64,000 nt of DNA from Eremomyces bilateralis CBS 781.70 (Eukaryota), in assembly GCA_010015585.1 (NCBI GenBank), contig ML975165.1. One strand, 5' to 3'. This document shows positions 1-11,730 of this stretch, piece after piece. How positions within the stretch are numbered: position 1 is the stretch's first letter; each line of letters opens with the position of its first letter. Below the pieces are notes generated by a model. The model ran no database searches. It was not told the DNA's origin and saw only the letters and a program-made list of their open reading frames with translations. Made by a program: the position numbers and the translations under genes.

Positions 1-1810
1 CTTCGAGGGCAACAAGCAGTGCCAGACAGATCATAGGTATATGGTAGAGCAGCATTTCCTCCTCGCGAATATTGAAGCGGTGTACGACAAATCGGCAAAG
101 TTCCAATTTATGCTGCCTCTCCTCTTTGCTGAGTTCAGACTTGGTGAAAGCGTCGCGAATAAGCTCAAACAATTTGCTCCAAATGAGACCGCTTTCTACG
201 CCATCGAAGAAGACGTTTGCGCTTCGCATCACCTCATCTAGCTGCTCTGACTCCGCCGTTGAGTGGTATTCTAACACGCTTTCAAGCGCGGGGAGAAATA
301 TCTCAGGGACAAGGAGTCCGCCGACCTCCCACCGATCCATGAGCGATAAGCACATCCTGAAAGGTCGTGCCTTTTCTGTGGCAGATGAGGATTCCTGTCG
401 AATCATTTTGAGAATCCCGCTGGATAATGATTGGCAGCCGTATTGTGCGAAGTACGCCGCGCTGAGTGCGGCAGGGTCGAAAGAGGAGACTTTCTTGAGC
501 TCTTGAGACATTGGTCGACCTTCTTGTTCAGTAGGCTTCGGTTCGGGTCCGAGGAACCATGCCCAGAGCCTTCGGTTAAGGCTCATGTCACGCCTGGTAA
601 CGACATTGGTTGCTGCCATAACCAGTCGCTCGAGATCTTCCTTCTGGATTGTTTTCTGGAGGACTGGGGAGTCCAACGGAATATGCGTGACGAGTAAGTC
701 AAGGAATCCTCGCTGTACCAGGAGCTGTCGATCCAACAGACCTGCGGCAAAGCACCGTACCAACAAGCCCGGTTCGGGCGAAATGACGGCGTGCGCCGCT
801 GGTGACAGGTCCGCCTGGGTGAGCTCCGATTCCTGAGCTCCCCCATTTTGTGAGGCCTTCGATTGGAACTTCGGGAGAAAGCGCACTAGAAAGGCCAAAG
901 CGCCTTGCCGTCTCGACGTGGAAGTTATAGTGGCCAGAAAGAAGCATTGCCAGAAGAACGAGTCTTTCGAATTAGGGTCTTCCCCTTCGGAGATATCGCA
1001 TGAGTCTCTGAGCCGTTTCCTGACACCGTCAACAACGCGCAGTACTCGATCGAAGTCTTCGCTAGTCTCCTCTTCTAGCCCCGGAAGTAGGCTGAGGATG
1101 ATTGATTTCAGTGCCGGTCTGATTGCCTCGCAATCCAATCGAAGGATATAGGTCTCAAACAGCGATAAAAATAGGGGTCTGACTGTTAGAGAGGCGAAAT
1201 TAAGAGTTGCGACGATTCCTGGCAGGTATAGCTGGAGGTCGCGTGCGAGGATGTCTCTCTATTTGCCGTTAGGTCTTTGCTATAGAGAGTGGCCATCATA
1301 CATACTCCTATGGTAGCAAATATGTATCCGTACACTTCCAGTGCCTTCTGGTGCACGCCCGAAGGTAATGCTGGGTTCATGCATAGTGCAAGCCTCGACG
1401 AAAGAGTCTGCTTATGAGCAACCTCTTTGACTCCTGGTGGGTGAGCTTGCAATGCCTGTCACTCATCCGGAAGGGGGAAATCAGCCTCATTTTTCTCTCC
1501 TTCGGTATATCAAGACACAAATACCTTCAGCAGCTTCCCCAGGAATGATATATAGTCCGCCCATTCTTGCTGCGGGCTATCGTATACCGCGAGCGCACGG
1601 TCAACACCGGAGGCATATCGGCGGAATGCCTTGTCTTTCCTCCAATCTCCTTCAATTTATCGTTAGCAAACCTAGATTGTGAGCACTAAATCACAGCCCG
1701 AACGACATACCGTCCTCGACATTTCTACGTGGTAGAGGGAAGACCGGGGACGACCTTCCCGATGTCGGTGGAGTATGGAGGGTCTGATTGACCGAGGGGT
1801 CAAGAGACAT
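1..1810 (-). CDS. DOP1: Dopey/Dop1 (DopA) family protein, N-terminal part; runs off the left edge
   Basis: ATG at 1810. Spliced reading (3 GT-AG introns) gives MSLDPS...[40 protein letters not shown]...[26 protein letters not shown], the Dopey_N signature. Confidence 0.9.
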
Positions 1811-2106
1811 TACGGATATATGTAGTGAAGCGCATCGAGAAGCATTCTACAACTTCAGGGTTCAATAAGTATCATTATACTTGGCTGCCTTGAGGTGAAG
1901 ATGCGACGTATCGTGGAATTCGAAGCCGCGACTTTTGAACGCGACGTCAGTGCAAGGATCAAGGGACCAATGACGTGCCACCTTTGAACCTCATCTCGAT
2001 ATGACAATACGCCCATCACAATCACAACTGATACGAAGCATCAAATATGCATTACAACTGTCCTTGCCAGGAGTGTATCTCGGTGAGCCTGTGAACATGA
2101 TCCTCA

Positions 2107-4125
2107 ATGGCAGAAGAACAGCTAGTTCCCATCGGATTGCCCGACCTGCCGCAAGGCAATTCGAAGATCCAGCTTGTCGATAATGCATCGAGCTCGCTAT
2201 CGAAAGGGAGCGATCCATCCTCTCACGAAGACACGTCAAGAGAAGGAACACCTCCACCACTTCCGCCTCGTGCAAAGCGTGTCTTCGATCTCCACAACGA
2301 TGCCCCGCCCGGGACTCAACGAACGACATCGAGCAGCACCCGCCCCTCTCTATCCTCTAAAGCCACTACGGCCCTTTCGTCGGTGGATATCCACAGCGAA
2401 TCACACTTAGATCCACGAACACTGCCAAGTTCAAGGCATGGAAGCAATGATTTTGGTGATACCGCCAGCATAAGGAGCGTGAAGAGTACCCGTAGCTCAT
2501 GGAGCGTTGCTCCTACGTTAGAAGCGGAAGACGTGGAGAGTCTACTAGGTGATGTCTTAGCGGGCAGGGAAAACACAACCTGGAAGCTGTTGGAATCTCA
2601 CGGTATGAGTGCCTCGGCGGATGAGCTCTTCCAGGAAGATGCAAACTTCGAGAAGGCGTTTAAGGAGGAGTTCGAGGAACTTGAGGAGATGAAATCCGAT
2701 GGCTCGAATGGAGGTTGGTCCAACAATGCGCTGAGACTGCCATACACGATTCTGATTGTACATATAGATGCAGTCATCAAACAATGGAATTCTAAGCTCA
2801 AACACTTTCTCATCCTCTCATCTGCCGGGAAACCGATATGGAGCCGCCATGGAGATGGCCAACTCATCGCCAGCAATATCGGAGTCATACAAACCATCAT
2901 ATCTTTCTACCAGAGCACGAACGATGTCCTCAAGAGCTTCACGGCTGGCGATGTCCGTTTTGTGATCATTTCGAAGGGGTACCTTAACCTCGTCGCAATA
3001 AGTCGGCTTGGAGAAAGTGACTCACAGTTAAGGATCCAGCTCGAGGCGCTGTATATGCAGATACTGTCGACACTAACCCTTCCGAACATGGAGCGCATGT
3101 TTTCAAACCGCCCATCAACCGACTTACGAAGACCCCTTCAAGGGACAGAGATGCTACTCTCTGCTCTCGCCGATGGCTTCACAAGAGGCTCGCCCTCCAC
3201 CCTGCTTTCCGCACTAGAGTGTTTGCGGATGCGCAAGGCTCATCGAACTACAATCAACAACACGTTTCTTAAGAGTCGCTCTTCGAGCCTTCTCTACGGG
3301 TTGATTGTAGCTGGTGGGAGGCTTGTCAGCGTTGTACGGCCGAAAAAACACTCCCTGCATCCCGGAGACCTGCAGCTTATTTTCAACATGCTGTTTGAAG
3401 CCGGAAGTGTCAAAGCAGGAGGTGGTGAAAACTGGATCCCCCTTTGTCTTCCAGGTTTTAATAATACCGGCTACCTATACATGTACGTCAGCTTCCTTAA
3501 CCTCGACAAATTCTCCGAGGACGTCACTGAACGGCCTTCAACGTCTTCCGGGGAAGAGGAGGTGGCCATTATCCTCATCAGTGCGAATAAGGAGGGGTTC
3601 TTTGACCTGCAGGACATGCGCCATGAGCTCGTGGAACAGTTGAGAAAGAATGGCAGTCTTGAGGTGATACGACAAGCGGTTCAAAGAGGAAGACCATCGT
3701 GCACCGATATCCTTCCTGGCTCAGTCTTAAGGCACTTTCTCTACAAGTCAAAGAACAATGTCCAATTCGCCATGCCATCGTACGAGCCAAGTTTTGAAAC
3801 CGAGATCGAGAAAAGAAGGTACGTCCATCGTGTCCATCTCCGGCCATAAATCGTACCTAAAGTACTCACATAATCCAACAGGCTTCATACGTTGTATTCC
3901 CATCTTCACGCAACCCTTCATACAAAACCAACCCATCCAAAAATTCATCATGCCATCACTCCAACCCACATCAGTCTGGCCTGGAGCGCCCCCACATTCG
4001 AGTTGTATGCCGTCGCGCCAGCCCACACTCCACGAACCGCTCTCGCGCAAGCAGCTAGCCGGTTGGTAAGCTGGGTCCGCAAAGAAGAAAACCGCCTCTT
4101 CCTCATCGGCGGCGCAGTGTTCTAG
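2107..4125 (+). CDS. MON1: Vacuolar fusion protein Mon1 (Mon1-Ccz1 Rab7/Ypt7 GEF subunit)
   Basis: Motifs KLKHFLILSSAGKPIWSRHG, LYMQILSTLT, HSLHPGDLQLIFNM, ENWIPLCLPGFNNTGYLY and C-terminal WVRKEENRLFLIGGAVF. Introns 2714-2767 and 3819-3881. Confidence 0.95.
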
Positions 4126-4129
4126 ACTA

Positions 4130-5134
4130 TCACATATTATCCAACGAACCTTCAAACAATCCCTCCTTCTCTGCCACACGCTCATGACCCAGCGACTCCT
4201 CAAACAATCCTTCCTGCTCCGCCACACGCTCATGACCCATATTGCTCATCGACCGTGTTTTCTTCTTGCTAAGCGGCCCTCCATCTATCGACCATTTCTT
4301 ATATTTCGGCTCGAAGGAGAACCCCAGACTAGGAAGCTTTTTGAGCCTGAGTGACGATGTCGACAACGCCCGGGTGGGCAGTTCCACAGGAGGCCTTTCT
4401 GGTGACATTGCCAACTTGCTATCCACCCGCTGACGCATCTGTGTCTCCGTCTTCTGCCTCGTTGGCCTCGGCCGCCGATCCCTATTCCGCGGCACGACGA
4501 ATCCAGGTGGTTGAGGTCGCTGCGGCATCGTCGTATCCGGACCAGTTAGTCCACCGTCAGATTGCCTATTTAGCAAACGACGCAAGTCTCCTGAGCTGTG
4601 CGATGACCGCCCGGGGAGAAGATGGGAGTGTCTTCTTAGCCTGGCGAGTGTATCTCTTCGGGACAGAGTTGGTCGTTGATCTTCTCGGCCATGAATATCC
4701 TTGGGCGCTGGAGAGGGAAATGTTGCCGACCTTGGTAGCTCTATCCGGCTATCCTGAGATGGTGTTTCGGGTTCTTGCACGCTTCCAGCGCGTGTAGGGT
4801 CGCTCAAGTCTGTCAGTTCGTCATCGGAGTCGGCTCCGGTGCCTTGCTGTAAGCGACTGGTGATACTAATGTGCTTGCGGTGGTAGAAAGCCTTGGCTTT
4901 TTTGAAAACAGCGGAACTCTGGTCGGAGTAACGTTGCACGTTGGAAGATATGGAAGCTCGGTAGTCAATGTTTTGAAACGCGGGGGGTATTTCGGAAGTG
5001 GAAAGAGGCAAGGATTGTGTGGAGGAACTGGAGGAGACTTGATCTGACTGCGATGGCTCTTCTTCGTACGATCTCCCGAGTTGCGCAAAGCTGTGGCGGA
5101 AGTGGCCTAAGAAACCATCTTTTGACGACACCAT
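4130..5134 (-). CDS. Hypothetical low-complexity Ser/Arg/Pro-rich protein (~334 aa)
   Basis: Uninterrupted ORF from ATG in GCCATGG context at 5134. No recognisable domain; C-terminal 16-aa duplication. Confidence 0.6.
   Translation of the reverse strand: MVSSKDGFLGHFRHSFAQLGRSYEEEPSQSDQVSSSSSTQSLPLSTSEIPPAFQNIDYRASISSNVQRYSDQSSAVFKKAKAFYHRKHISITSRLQQGTGADSDDELTDLSDPTRAGSVQEPETPSQDSRIELPRSATFPSPAPKDIHGREDQRPTLSRRDTLARLRRHSHLLPGRSSHSSGDLRRLLNRQSDGGLTGPDTTMPQRPQPPGFVVPRNRDRRPRPTRQKTETQMRQRVDSKLAMSPERPPVELPTRALSTSSLRLKKLPSLGFSFEPKYKKWSIDGGPLSKKKTRSMSNMGHERVAEQEGLFEESLGHERVAEKEGLFEGSLDNM
4150..4239. repeat. 48-bp tandem duplication (about 2 copies) encoding GHERVAE(Q/K)EGLFE
   Basis: caaacaatcc(c/t)tcct(t/g)ctc(t/c)gccacacgctcatgaccca starts at both 4153 and 4201. 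Confidence 0.9.
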
Positions 5135-6355
5135 GGCGCCGAGCTGATAGAATATCAAATCATCAAGTGTCTTTTAAGGCTGAAACAGGCATCAAGGCTT
5201 CTGAATGGGATGCTTTTATCAGAAAGAGCACAGTCGAGTGCGAAGGTAATCATTTCCGAGGACATCGGCAGTGTTTTCTACGGAAGAATGCCACACTCTA
5301 TAGCTATCATAGTGTATATATATCTATGACATCTAATGTGTCACTCTCAGTCTCTCCACCACATGTTCATCAACAATCCGAATTTCCCTGTCTGTGAATT
5401 CCTGACTGGATGATCACAGATACCTGGACAGGGGGCTCTAATCTGCGCAGCTTTCAATTGGACCCTCCTAAGCATCGTTGCCAGCGTAACCAGGATCTTT
5501 CTGTCAGGAGCATTATCACCATGAGTGCAGAGGGTATTGTGTGAGGAATGACGTTTTGAGGGACCTCAGGGTCTCGGAATTCGGAAAGCGTGATTTTTAT
5601 GGGACACCATTGAGAGCACAGCCATTCTTGATGGATCCTCATTTGATTAACTAAGTTAACTTAATGCAAGTAACTACAGTACACTCGAGCTTCATTTCAC
5701 GATTCAATAATAAATACTTTCCCCTAAGTTAGTTAAGTACAGGTATGTCACGATACCATGCTCTTCAGGATGCCCCTTGGGAGTCCATGTGTGCAATTCC
5801 CATATTCCCATTAAATTCTGCCGAATAGAAAAACACCAGTTGTCCGAAGCGAAATCCCGAAAAGGAAATAAAATTGGCTGGTGAGATTTCTCCCTTGGAC
5901 AGATCTCTCTTTTGAAGACCTCGCAGAGGTAGGGACCTCGAGATATACCGAAATAACGAAGCAAATAAGTCCATATAGACAGATAGAAGGTAGGAACTGG
6001 AGGTAATTGGTAGATAAGTCCTTCAGTCGTACAAAGAGACGGCACGATACGAGAATATGGAGAAAGGCATTACTGGGCGTCTCGGTGATGGAGGAGAGAT
6101 ATCCCGGATCATGTGACACCTCTTCTCTCCTTGCTCGTTAATAGCGATTCGACAACGATTATCTGACCTTGAATCCTTTTAATTTATACTATCACCGACC
6201 TCTGTCTAATTATTTTTATTCTTCAGAACCTTTTTTTCTTCTCTTTGGCTGAGCATTCGCCAAGGAATAGCCGCTATCAACACGTCAAAAAGTTTCTATT
6301 ACGCAAGTCCACATAACAAACCTTCTTGGCATCTCGTCAGGCCCTAAACAACGCA

Positions 6356-7551
6356 ATGGACTTCTATAGGGAACGAATAGCACTACGTTTTCCGAAGCCT
6401 TCATTTGGTCCATTTAAATATATCCAGCCATGGGACAACAGAGGCTATCTTGAGGTTGATGGCATCGCGCGTTGCGACTCTGACCGTCTACTCTACCTGC
6501 TAACTTACGTTCAACCACCCCCTCTTCTCACCAAGAAAGGCAAACCAAGAGTCCATCAGCCGCCGCCACATAATGATGAAACGGAGAGGTTTTATAGCGC
6601 ACAATGCATTCACTATGGCCTTCTATCGAAGTCTGATAAGGCCGCTGCAAAGAAGGCATTGCTTGCTTTTGCGAAAGCTAACGACGACAAGTTCATTATA
6701 CCATCAGCAGTTATAGAGGTTGAAGCAAAGCTCGCAGATGAATTCAAAATCAAGAAAGCTGAATATGACGCAAAGATAGCCGATATTGATGCTCGAGAAA
6801 AGAAGGCCAATGAGGAAGCGGACCGGAAGCGCAAGAGAGATGAAGACGAGATCCTCAACACCATTACCAAAAAGCCCAAGAAATCCGAACTGCTTGTAAG
6901 TATCTTGTGGAGCCAATCGGCCGCTCTATCAAGGGCTAGGATTAACGATTAAAATAGAAGTTCCCAACAAAGCTTATTGGGGGTGCAGCATTCACAGTTA
7001 TTGCTCCTGAAATCTCTAAAGGCTGGAGTGTACCAAACACCTTGCGGATTCGCCTTTGTCAATCTCAAAGCGGGCGTCACATTTGGGGTGACTTTGATTT
7101 CGGTATATTTACTGGCAAATTACGATCTGAAACACTACCACAACCACCGACTGGTAAGATCAAATTCCATTGGCGCGGTCGACAAACGGGCGACGGCGAG
7201 TCCAGTTACAACTCAGAGAACGAGATGGAGCTCCAGTTTCTTGACGAGGGTACCTTTCGAGGCAACATGTACTGGGACTGCCTCGGGACATTCGAGATTG
7301 CTGGAAAAATTGACTGGGAGCGAACACGTAACCGTGTCTTTGCGATGAACATTCGTAAATGGAAGGATGGATATCGTATGCTCAATGAAAACAACTACGA
7401 CATGGAGGCCAGTGCCAGGTGGTCTTCAGGCTGGGGTGGAGATGCGGAGCCGGATCTGGCTGCCGCTTCAGATACAACTGATAACGACGAATCGGACCAT
7501 GAAGATGACGAAGGATCTGAAGATAGCCGAGCGGTCAGGTGTGCTTTCTAG
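6356..7551 (+). CDS. Hypothetical fungal protein: helical N-terminus, coiled coil/NLS, beta-rich C-terminal domain, acidic tail
   Basis: ATG 6356. Intron 6896-6957 (GTAAGT..TTAAC..TAG) joins the 6326 and 7042 ORFs in frame. Motifs FYSAQCIHYGL, RKRKR, IWGDFDFGIFTG, FHWRGRQTGDGE. Confidence 0.8.
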
Positions 7552-8217
7552 ACGAGAGACTTGTCGGACTTTCTCCTGTCACAGAATATCCGTGTTTCTT
7601 GGCGTTTCCTCACGGCTTCATTCCGTATTCGATTCTATACCCCTATTCTTTCCCTTTTTAGGGAATAGATCACCATTGTAAACCATATATAATAGCTGCA
7701 GGAACAGCCTGTTTTCGTAGGATCCGGCTCTGCAGGATCAAGTTCAATCGATCTACGCTCTTTTGGGATCTAACGGGGTTTTCCCACCGTGTCGCTGCAT
7801 TAATCACCTGATTGAGCGAAACCGCTATTTATCTCGCAGTTGCACCTTAGCGGTGCGGCGGCGGGAGAAAACCCAAGTCTCGCCCCTGCAGTGCATTAAT
7901 ACGAAGTAGGTGTCGCATATAGCGGGAGTGATGATTAAGCACATTCACTGCTTAAGCTCAGTTACTGTAGAGTCATAACTAATTAACGCAAATTGGTATT
8001 GACGATTCCCATTGTCTAGAAAAGAGATCCCGCTGGCGAAACAGTTGAAGATATGTAAATATAGGAAAGGACTGAGCAGTCCGATATAGGCTTAGCCTAG
8101 GGGTAATAGCCTAATAGGCAGTGAAATTAATGTTGCGTGGCAGTACTATGTTAGAAATCAACAGGGGCACCTTGCGACACTGTCCTCCTCTTGATGTGCT
8201 GTGGCATGCGGCCGGAT

Positions 8218-11200
8218 TCACGCATGATCCTCCATGCGCTCCTTCCTCAACTTTCCACCCATGCTGCGAATTAGTTTCCCACTACGACGCCACATGGCCT
8301 TCAGTCCCTTCTCAAGCTTGCGTGGCTGAGAGTCGGCCTTAGAAATACCATTATTCATGTGAACCATCTCAGTCGGTGCCGTCATCGTCGTCTTATCTGG
8401 TCCGCCGTTGCCAATTTTCATGGCGCTCCCATTTGGCTCCATTGGGATGTCTTCGCTTTGTGGACCGGTGTTGATAGCGGAGGCTCCTAGGCCAGAGAGC
8501 GCAGGTCCACGGCGAGCATTGCCGGAGCAGATATGGGGATGGAAGTTGGACAAACGCTTGCGGAAGGAGCTGCGGTGCTTGGCGGGACGTTCGCTGTCGT
8601 CGGAAAAGTAGGAGCGCACATCATCTAGGTTGGTGGCGGTGGGAGGGGAGAGGCTTGTGGTGGGGTAGCGATCCCCTGGATCGACGCCGGGATCGTCGAT
8701 GCAGAGGGCATCTGAGCGGTTTCCATAGCCGCTGTAGTCGAAGTGGTCAAGTGGGATGGGGGCATTGCTAACTTTAGGACGAGGAGTGGAAGGGCCAGCG
8801 GTAGGAGTGATGGCATGGTGGGCGTTGATATCCTGCGGGTGATGATGGCCGAGTCTACGAGAGATCGCATGGAAGATACCGTGCTCAGTATTTCTCATGG
8901 CCACCTCTTCGGTCCCTGCCAATGGTCCTTCGTTCTCAACAGTGCTGCCTTCTATCATGTTAACACCGTGGAGCTGAGCTCGAGTCCCGAAGTGAGTTGT
9001 GAGCTCCGGTGGTGTCCTCGGGAGACAGACATTAATATCAGGGGCGCTTTCGGTCCAGGGGTAATTGGAATCATTATTCCAAGGTGCCGACGAACTTGTT
9101 TGAGGCCTATTAAGGTGTGAATCAGGATCTTCAAACCTGTCGCTTCGATGAGCAGCCATTGTGCGGACATATGAATTTGCAGCGTGCCCGGTAAGGGGAG
9201 TAGCCTCGAGCTCGGCGACAGGTGTCTTGCGAGCAAACGCAGTCCGGGAAAGGTCATCCTCGAAGTTATTCTCACGCGAATCACTCATGTTGCCATGCTC
9301 TTTCATTTCGATGACATCTGTCCCCAAACTCTTCCGTCCGTTGGCCAAGCTTGCTGGGTTCGTGGGTTCGTGGCTTGGTCCAGAGTCTCCGATTGCCTTG
9401 ATCTCTTGAATGGTTTTGTTGACCTCATCTTCGGAGGTGTTCTCCACATCGGTCAGGTACTTCTGCAAGGACGGCAAAACCTCAGAAAGACGCCGTGTCA
9501 AGTCGCTGACTGACGGAATGGAGACCTGACTGACCTCTGAAATCAGTTCTTCAGGGCCCATGATGGGCCTCAGACTCAATGGCCGTGGTCTCATTTCAGT
9601 GCTGATTTTTGGCTCCCTGGCCCTGCCAACTCCCTCAAGCCTCAGAACCTCTGTGCCTTGGTCCAGTCGTGCGGAGTCAAAGATAGAGCTATTGTCTCCC
9701 AGAGATGTGTCCATCTCCTCAAGTCCGGCGAAGAAGCTTTTGTATTTCTCGTGGATCGACTCAGAACTGCAAACAGATTCGTGTTGGGTTTTTGGCTTGT
9801 TGTCAGGTCCAGTTGTGGTCTTGCCCATATCATCGAAATTCAGCCCGAGTTCATCAAGCGAGCGGGGAGTCCGGAGTTGAAACTCTTCTTTGAGTTGCGT
9901 CATTATGTTTGAATTGCTGAATTCCATCGAAAGGATAGGTTTCATGTCATCAATGCCGCTCGTAGAATGACGAAAGGCTGATTGCCCCTGTGGTGGCCGC
10001 ACGCCTAGCCTCGGTCGTTGTCTTGTCTCATGAAGTTGAGTAACAACTTCCGGCATCGTAGCAATGGAAATGCGGTTCGTGGATTTGCTACTCCCGCCGA
10101 CAAGGCCCAGCTCCATACTGGGCCTCTCTTTGATCCGAGGCAGACCAGATCCAGCCGTATGGGTTCGATTATGAGAAAAGCGAACTTCTTTGGCCAACTC
10201 GGGTGAGTGACGACGGTGTGAGTGCATGCCGGGGGATTGATTGTCGCGTCTAATATCCTCCACACTATCGTAATGATTGCTCTGTGGCTCGGATGGTCTC
10301 GCAGAACGCATGGTCGACCTTGACGACATCGTGCCTCCATCGATGTTCTCTTCCTGGTGCCAATTCCTCGCAAAAGCAGCACGACTGGAACTCCGTGATC
10401 CAGGCGTGACATGGGTGACTTCCTTCTCATTAGCTGCCGGATCCGGATGTCGAGAAGCCTCCACGTTAGCCATTGTGGGACCAGGAGGCGAATGAGGCAC
10501 CGGGCAGCTCGCAACATATCCTCGAATGTCATGTTGTCGGACAGGCGCGAAAACTGCGTCGAAATCCGATGACCTAAACCTAGAAGAGGCAGTCGGAGCA
10601 TCATCTGAATAGATTGAGCTCGCAGATCGAGTAAGAGCTAGCCCCTCGGGTCTGGCCTGCTCTTGAGAATTTGACTCTTTCGACCAAGAGGTGGGCTGAT
10701 TGGTTATACTTCGATCAGTTTTGGCTTCAGTTTCGGTTGTGAGTGCACGTCCACACCATTCGGTAGTGCTTGTAAGCTGTGGGCTTGCACCGATAGCCTC
10801 GAGTATCTTGTCCCTTGTAATCTGGCACGTCCGCATTCCATCACCTAGTCGAGTTGGCGAAGGGACTAGCTCGTCCTTGACACAGGACGAAACCTTCTCT
10901 TGGCATCCTTCGAACTGCTCGCTGTAGTCGTAGTACTCCGGCGGGTTAATGTTGGCGGTATTCTTGCTTGGCATGCCATATTCATTGATTTGGCCGGACG
11001 AGTGGAAAGGCAATATCGGTGTAGATATGACTCTCGTTCGCCTGAGTGGCCCCAGCGAACGGCGTGGCATCACACCTCCAGGAGTGTGCGGAGATGCCGA
11101 GGATTTGGGTGTCCACGAGTTGCTTCCAGCATCTCTGACAAGGCGAGGGGTACGTTCGTAGCCACTGGGGTTTTCGTAGTCCATTGAGGAAATTTGATAT

Positions 11201-11730
11201 GAATTTCCCTGCTGGTCGTTCAAGCCATTGTGCTGATTCCTGTCAACACTGTACTCTTGGTATTGCTCGTGTGGGCTCAAGGTCATAGAAGCAGGACGGT
11301 ATCCGGATCGTTTGAGTCTCGTCGAATAGTGGTACGGAGACGTCTGTCTCGGGATCGGGTCATGATCACTTAAACTCGTCAAAGAAGGGTTGGACAATGC
11401 TGTGGAGGATCGTTGCATATTGGTCGTCGGGGACATCGATCGGCTTCCCGGTGCTGAATGGCTCCATTCCGGTTGAAAAAGAGGAGCAGAGGATGTGGAG
11501 AGCCAAGCATGATGACCGTGGTGTGAATTCCGTGAAGTCCCTGGAAGTCGACCATCGAGATCTCCAATGCCAGTGGAGGTCGTGAGCATGTTCAGAACGG
11601 CCGGGGCCAAGGATGGAGTGTCTCCTTTGCTGCCATCCACAGGAGAGCCAGCTTTCGCTTGTGTTGAGAAGTCAGAGGCATAGCTGTTACGGCCACCGAG
11701 GGTATTGGGATTACGCTCGACCAAAGCCAT
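8218..11730 (-). CDS. Large intronless, largely disordered hypothetical protein (~1170 aa)
   Basis: 3.6-kb open frame; likely start MALVERNPN at 11730 (upstream ATG at 11862 possible). Short motif-like islands YYDYSEQF, PWNNDSNYPW, DPGDRYPTTSL, VRSYFSDDS. Confidence 0.8.
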   Translation of the reverse strand: MALVERNPNTLGGRNSYASDFSTQAKAGSPVDGSKGDTPSLAPAVLNMLTTSTGIGDLDGRLPGTSRNSHHGHHAWLSTSSAPLFQPEWSHSAPGSRSMSPTTNMQRSSTALSNPSLTSLSDHDPIPRQTSPYHYSTRLKRSGYRPASMTLSPHEQYQEYSVDRNQHNGLNDQQGNSYQISSMDYENPSGYERTPRLVRDAGSNSWTPKSSASPHTPGGVMPRRSLGPLRRTRVISTPILPFHSSGQINEYGMPSKNTANINPPEYYDYSEQFEGCQEKVSSCVKDELVPSPTRLGDGMRTCQITRDKILEAIGASPQLTSTTEWCGRALTTETEAKTDRSITNQPTSWSKESNSQEQARPEGLALTRSASSIYSDDAPTASSRFRSSDFDAVFAPVRQHDIRGYVASCPVPHSPPGPTMANVEASRHPDPAANEKEVTHVTPGSRSSSRAAFARNWHQEENIDGGTMSSRSTMRSARPSEPQSNHYDSVEDIRRDNQSPGMHSHRRHSPELAKEVRFSHNRTHTAGSGLPRIKERPSMELGLVGGSSKSTNRISIATMPEVVTQLHETRQRPRLGVRPPQGQSAFRHSTSGIDDMKPILSMEFSNSNIMTQLKEEFQLRTPRSLDELGLNFDDMGKTTTGPDNKPKTQHESVCSSESIHEKYKSFFAGLEEMDTSLGDNSSIFDSARLDQGTEVLRLEGVGRAREPKISTEMRPRPLSLRPIMGPEELISEVSQVSIPSVSDLTRRLSEVLPSLQKYLTDVENTSEDEVNKTIQEIKAIGDSGPSHEPTNPASLANGRKSLGTDVIEMKEHGNMSDSRENNFEDDLSRTAFARKTPVAELEATPLTGHAANSYVRTMAAHRSDRFEDPDSHLNRPQTSSSAPWNNDSNYPWTESAPDINVCLPRTPPELTTHFGTRAQLHGVNMIEGSTVENEGPLAGTEEVAMRNTEHGIFHAISRRLGHHHPQDINAHHAITPTAGPSTPRPKVSNAPIPLDHFDYSGYGNRSDALCIDDPGVDPGDRYPTTSLSPPTATNLDDVRSYFSDDSERPAKHRSSFRKRLSNFHPHICSGNARRGPALSGLGASAINTGPQSEDIPMEPNGSAMKIGNGGPDKTTMTAPTEMVHMNNGISKADSQPRKLEKGLKAMWRRSGKLIRSMGGKLRKERMEDHA

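Noticed and set aside
7808..7856. Hammerhead-like CTGATTGA..GAAA followed by a stem
   Set aside because: The core has an extra base, stem II is absent, the cleavage-site base would be G and stem I does not pair.
7921..8075. GTGATGA box C-like motif with a downstream CTGA
   Set aside because: The terminal stem does not flank a box D, and no rRNA-complementary guide was recognisable.
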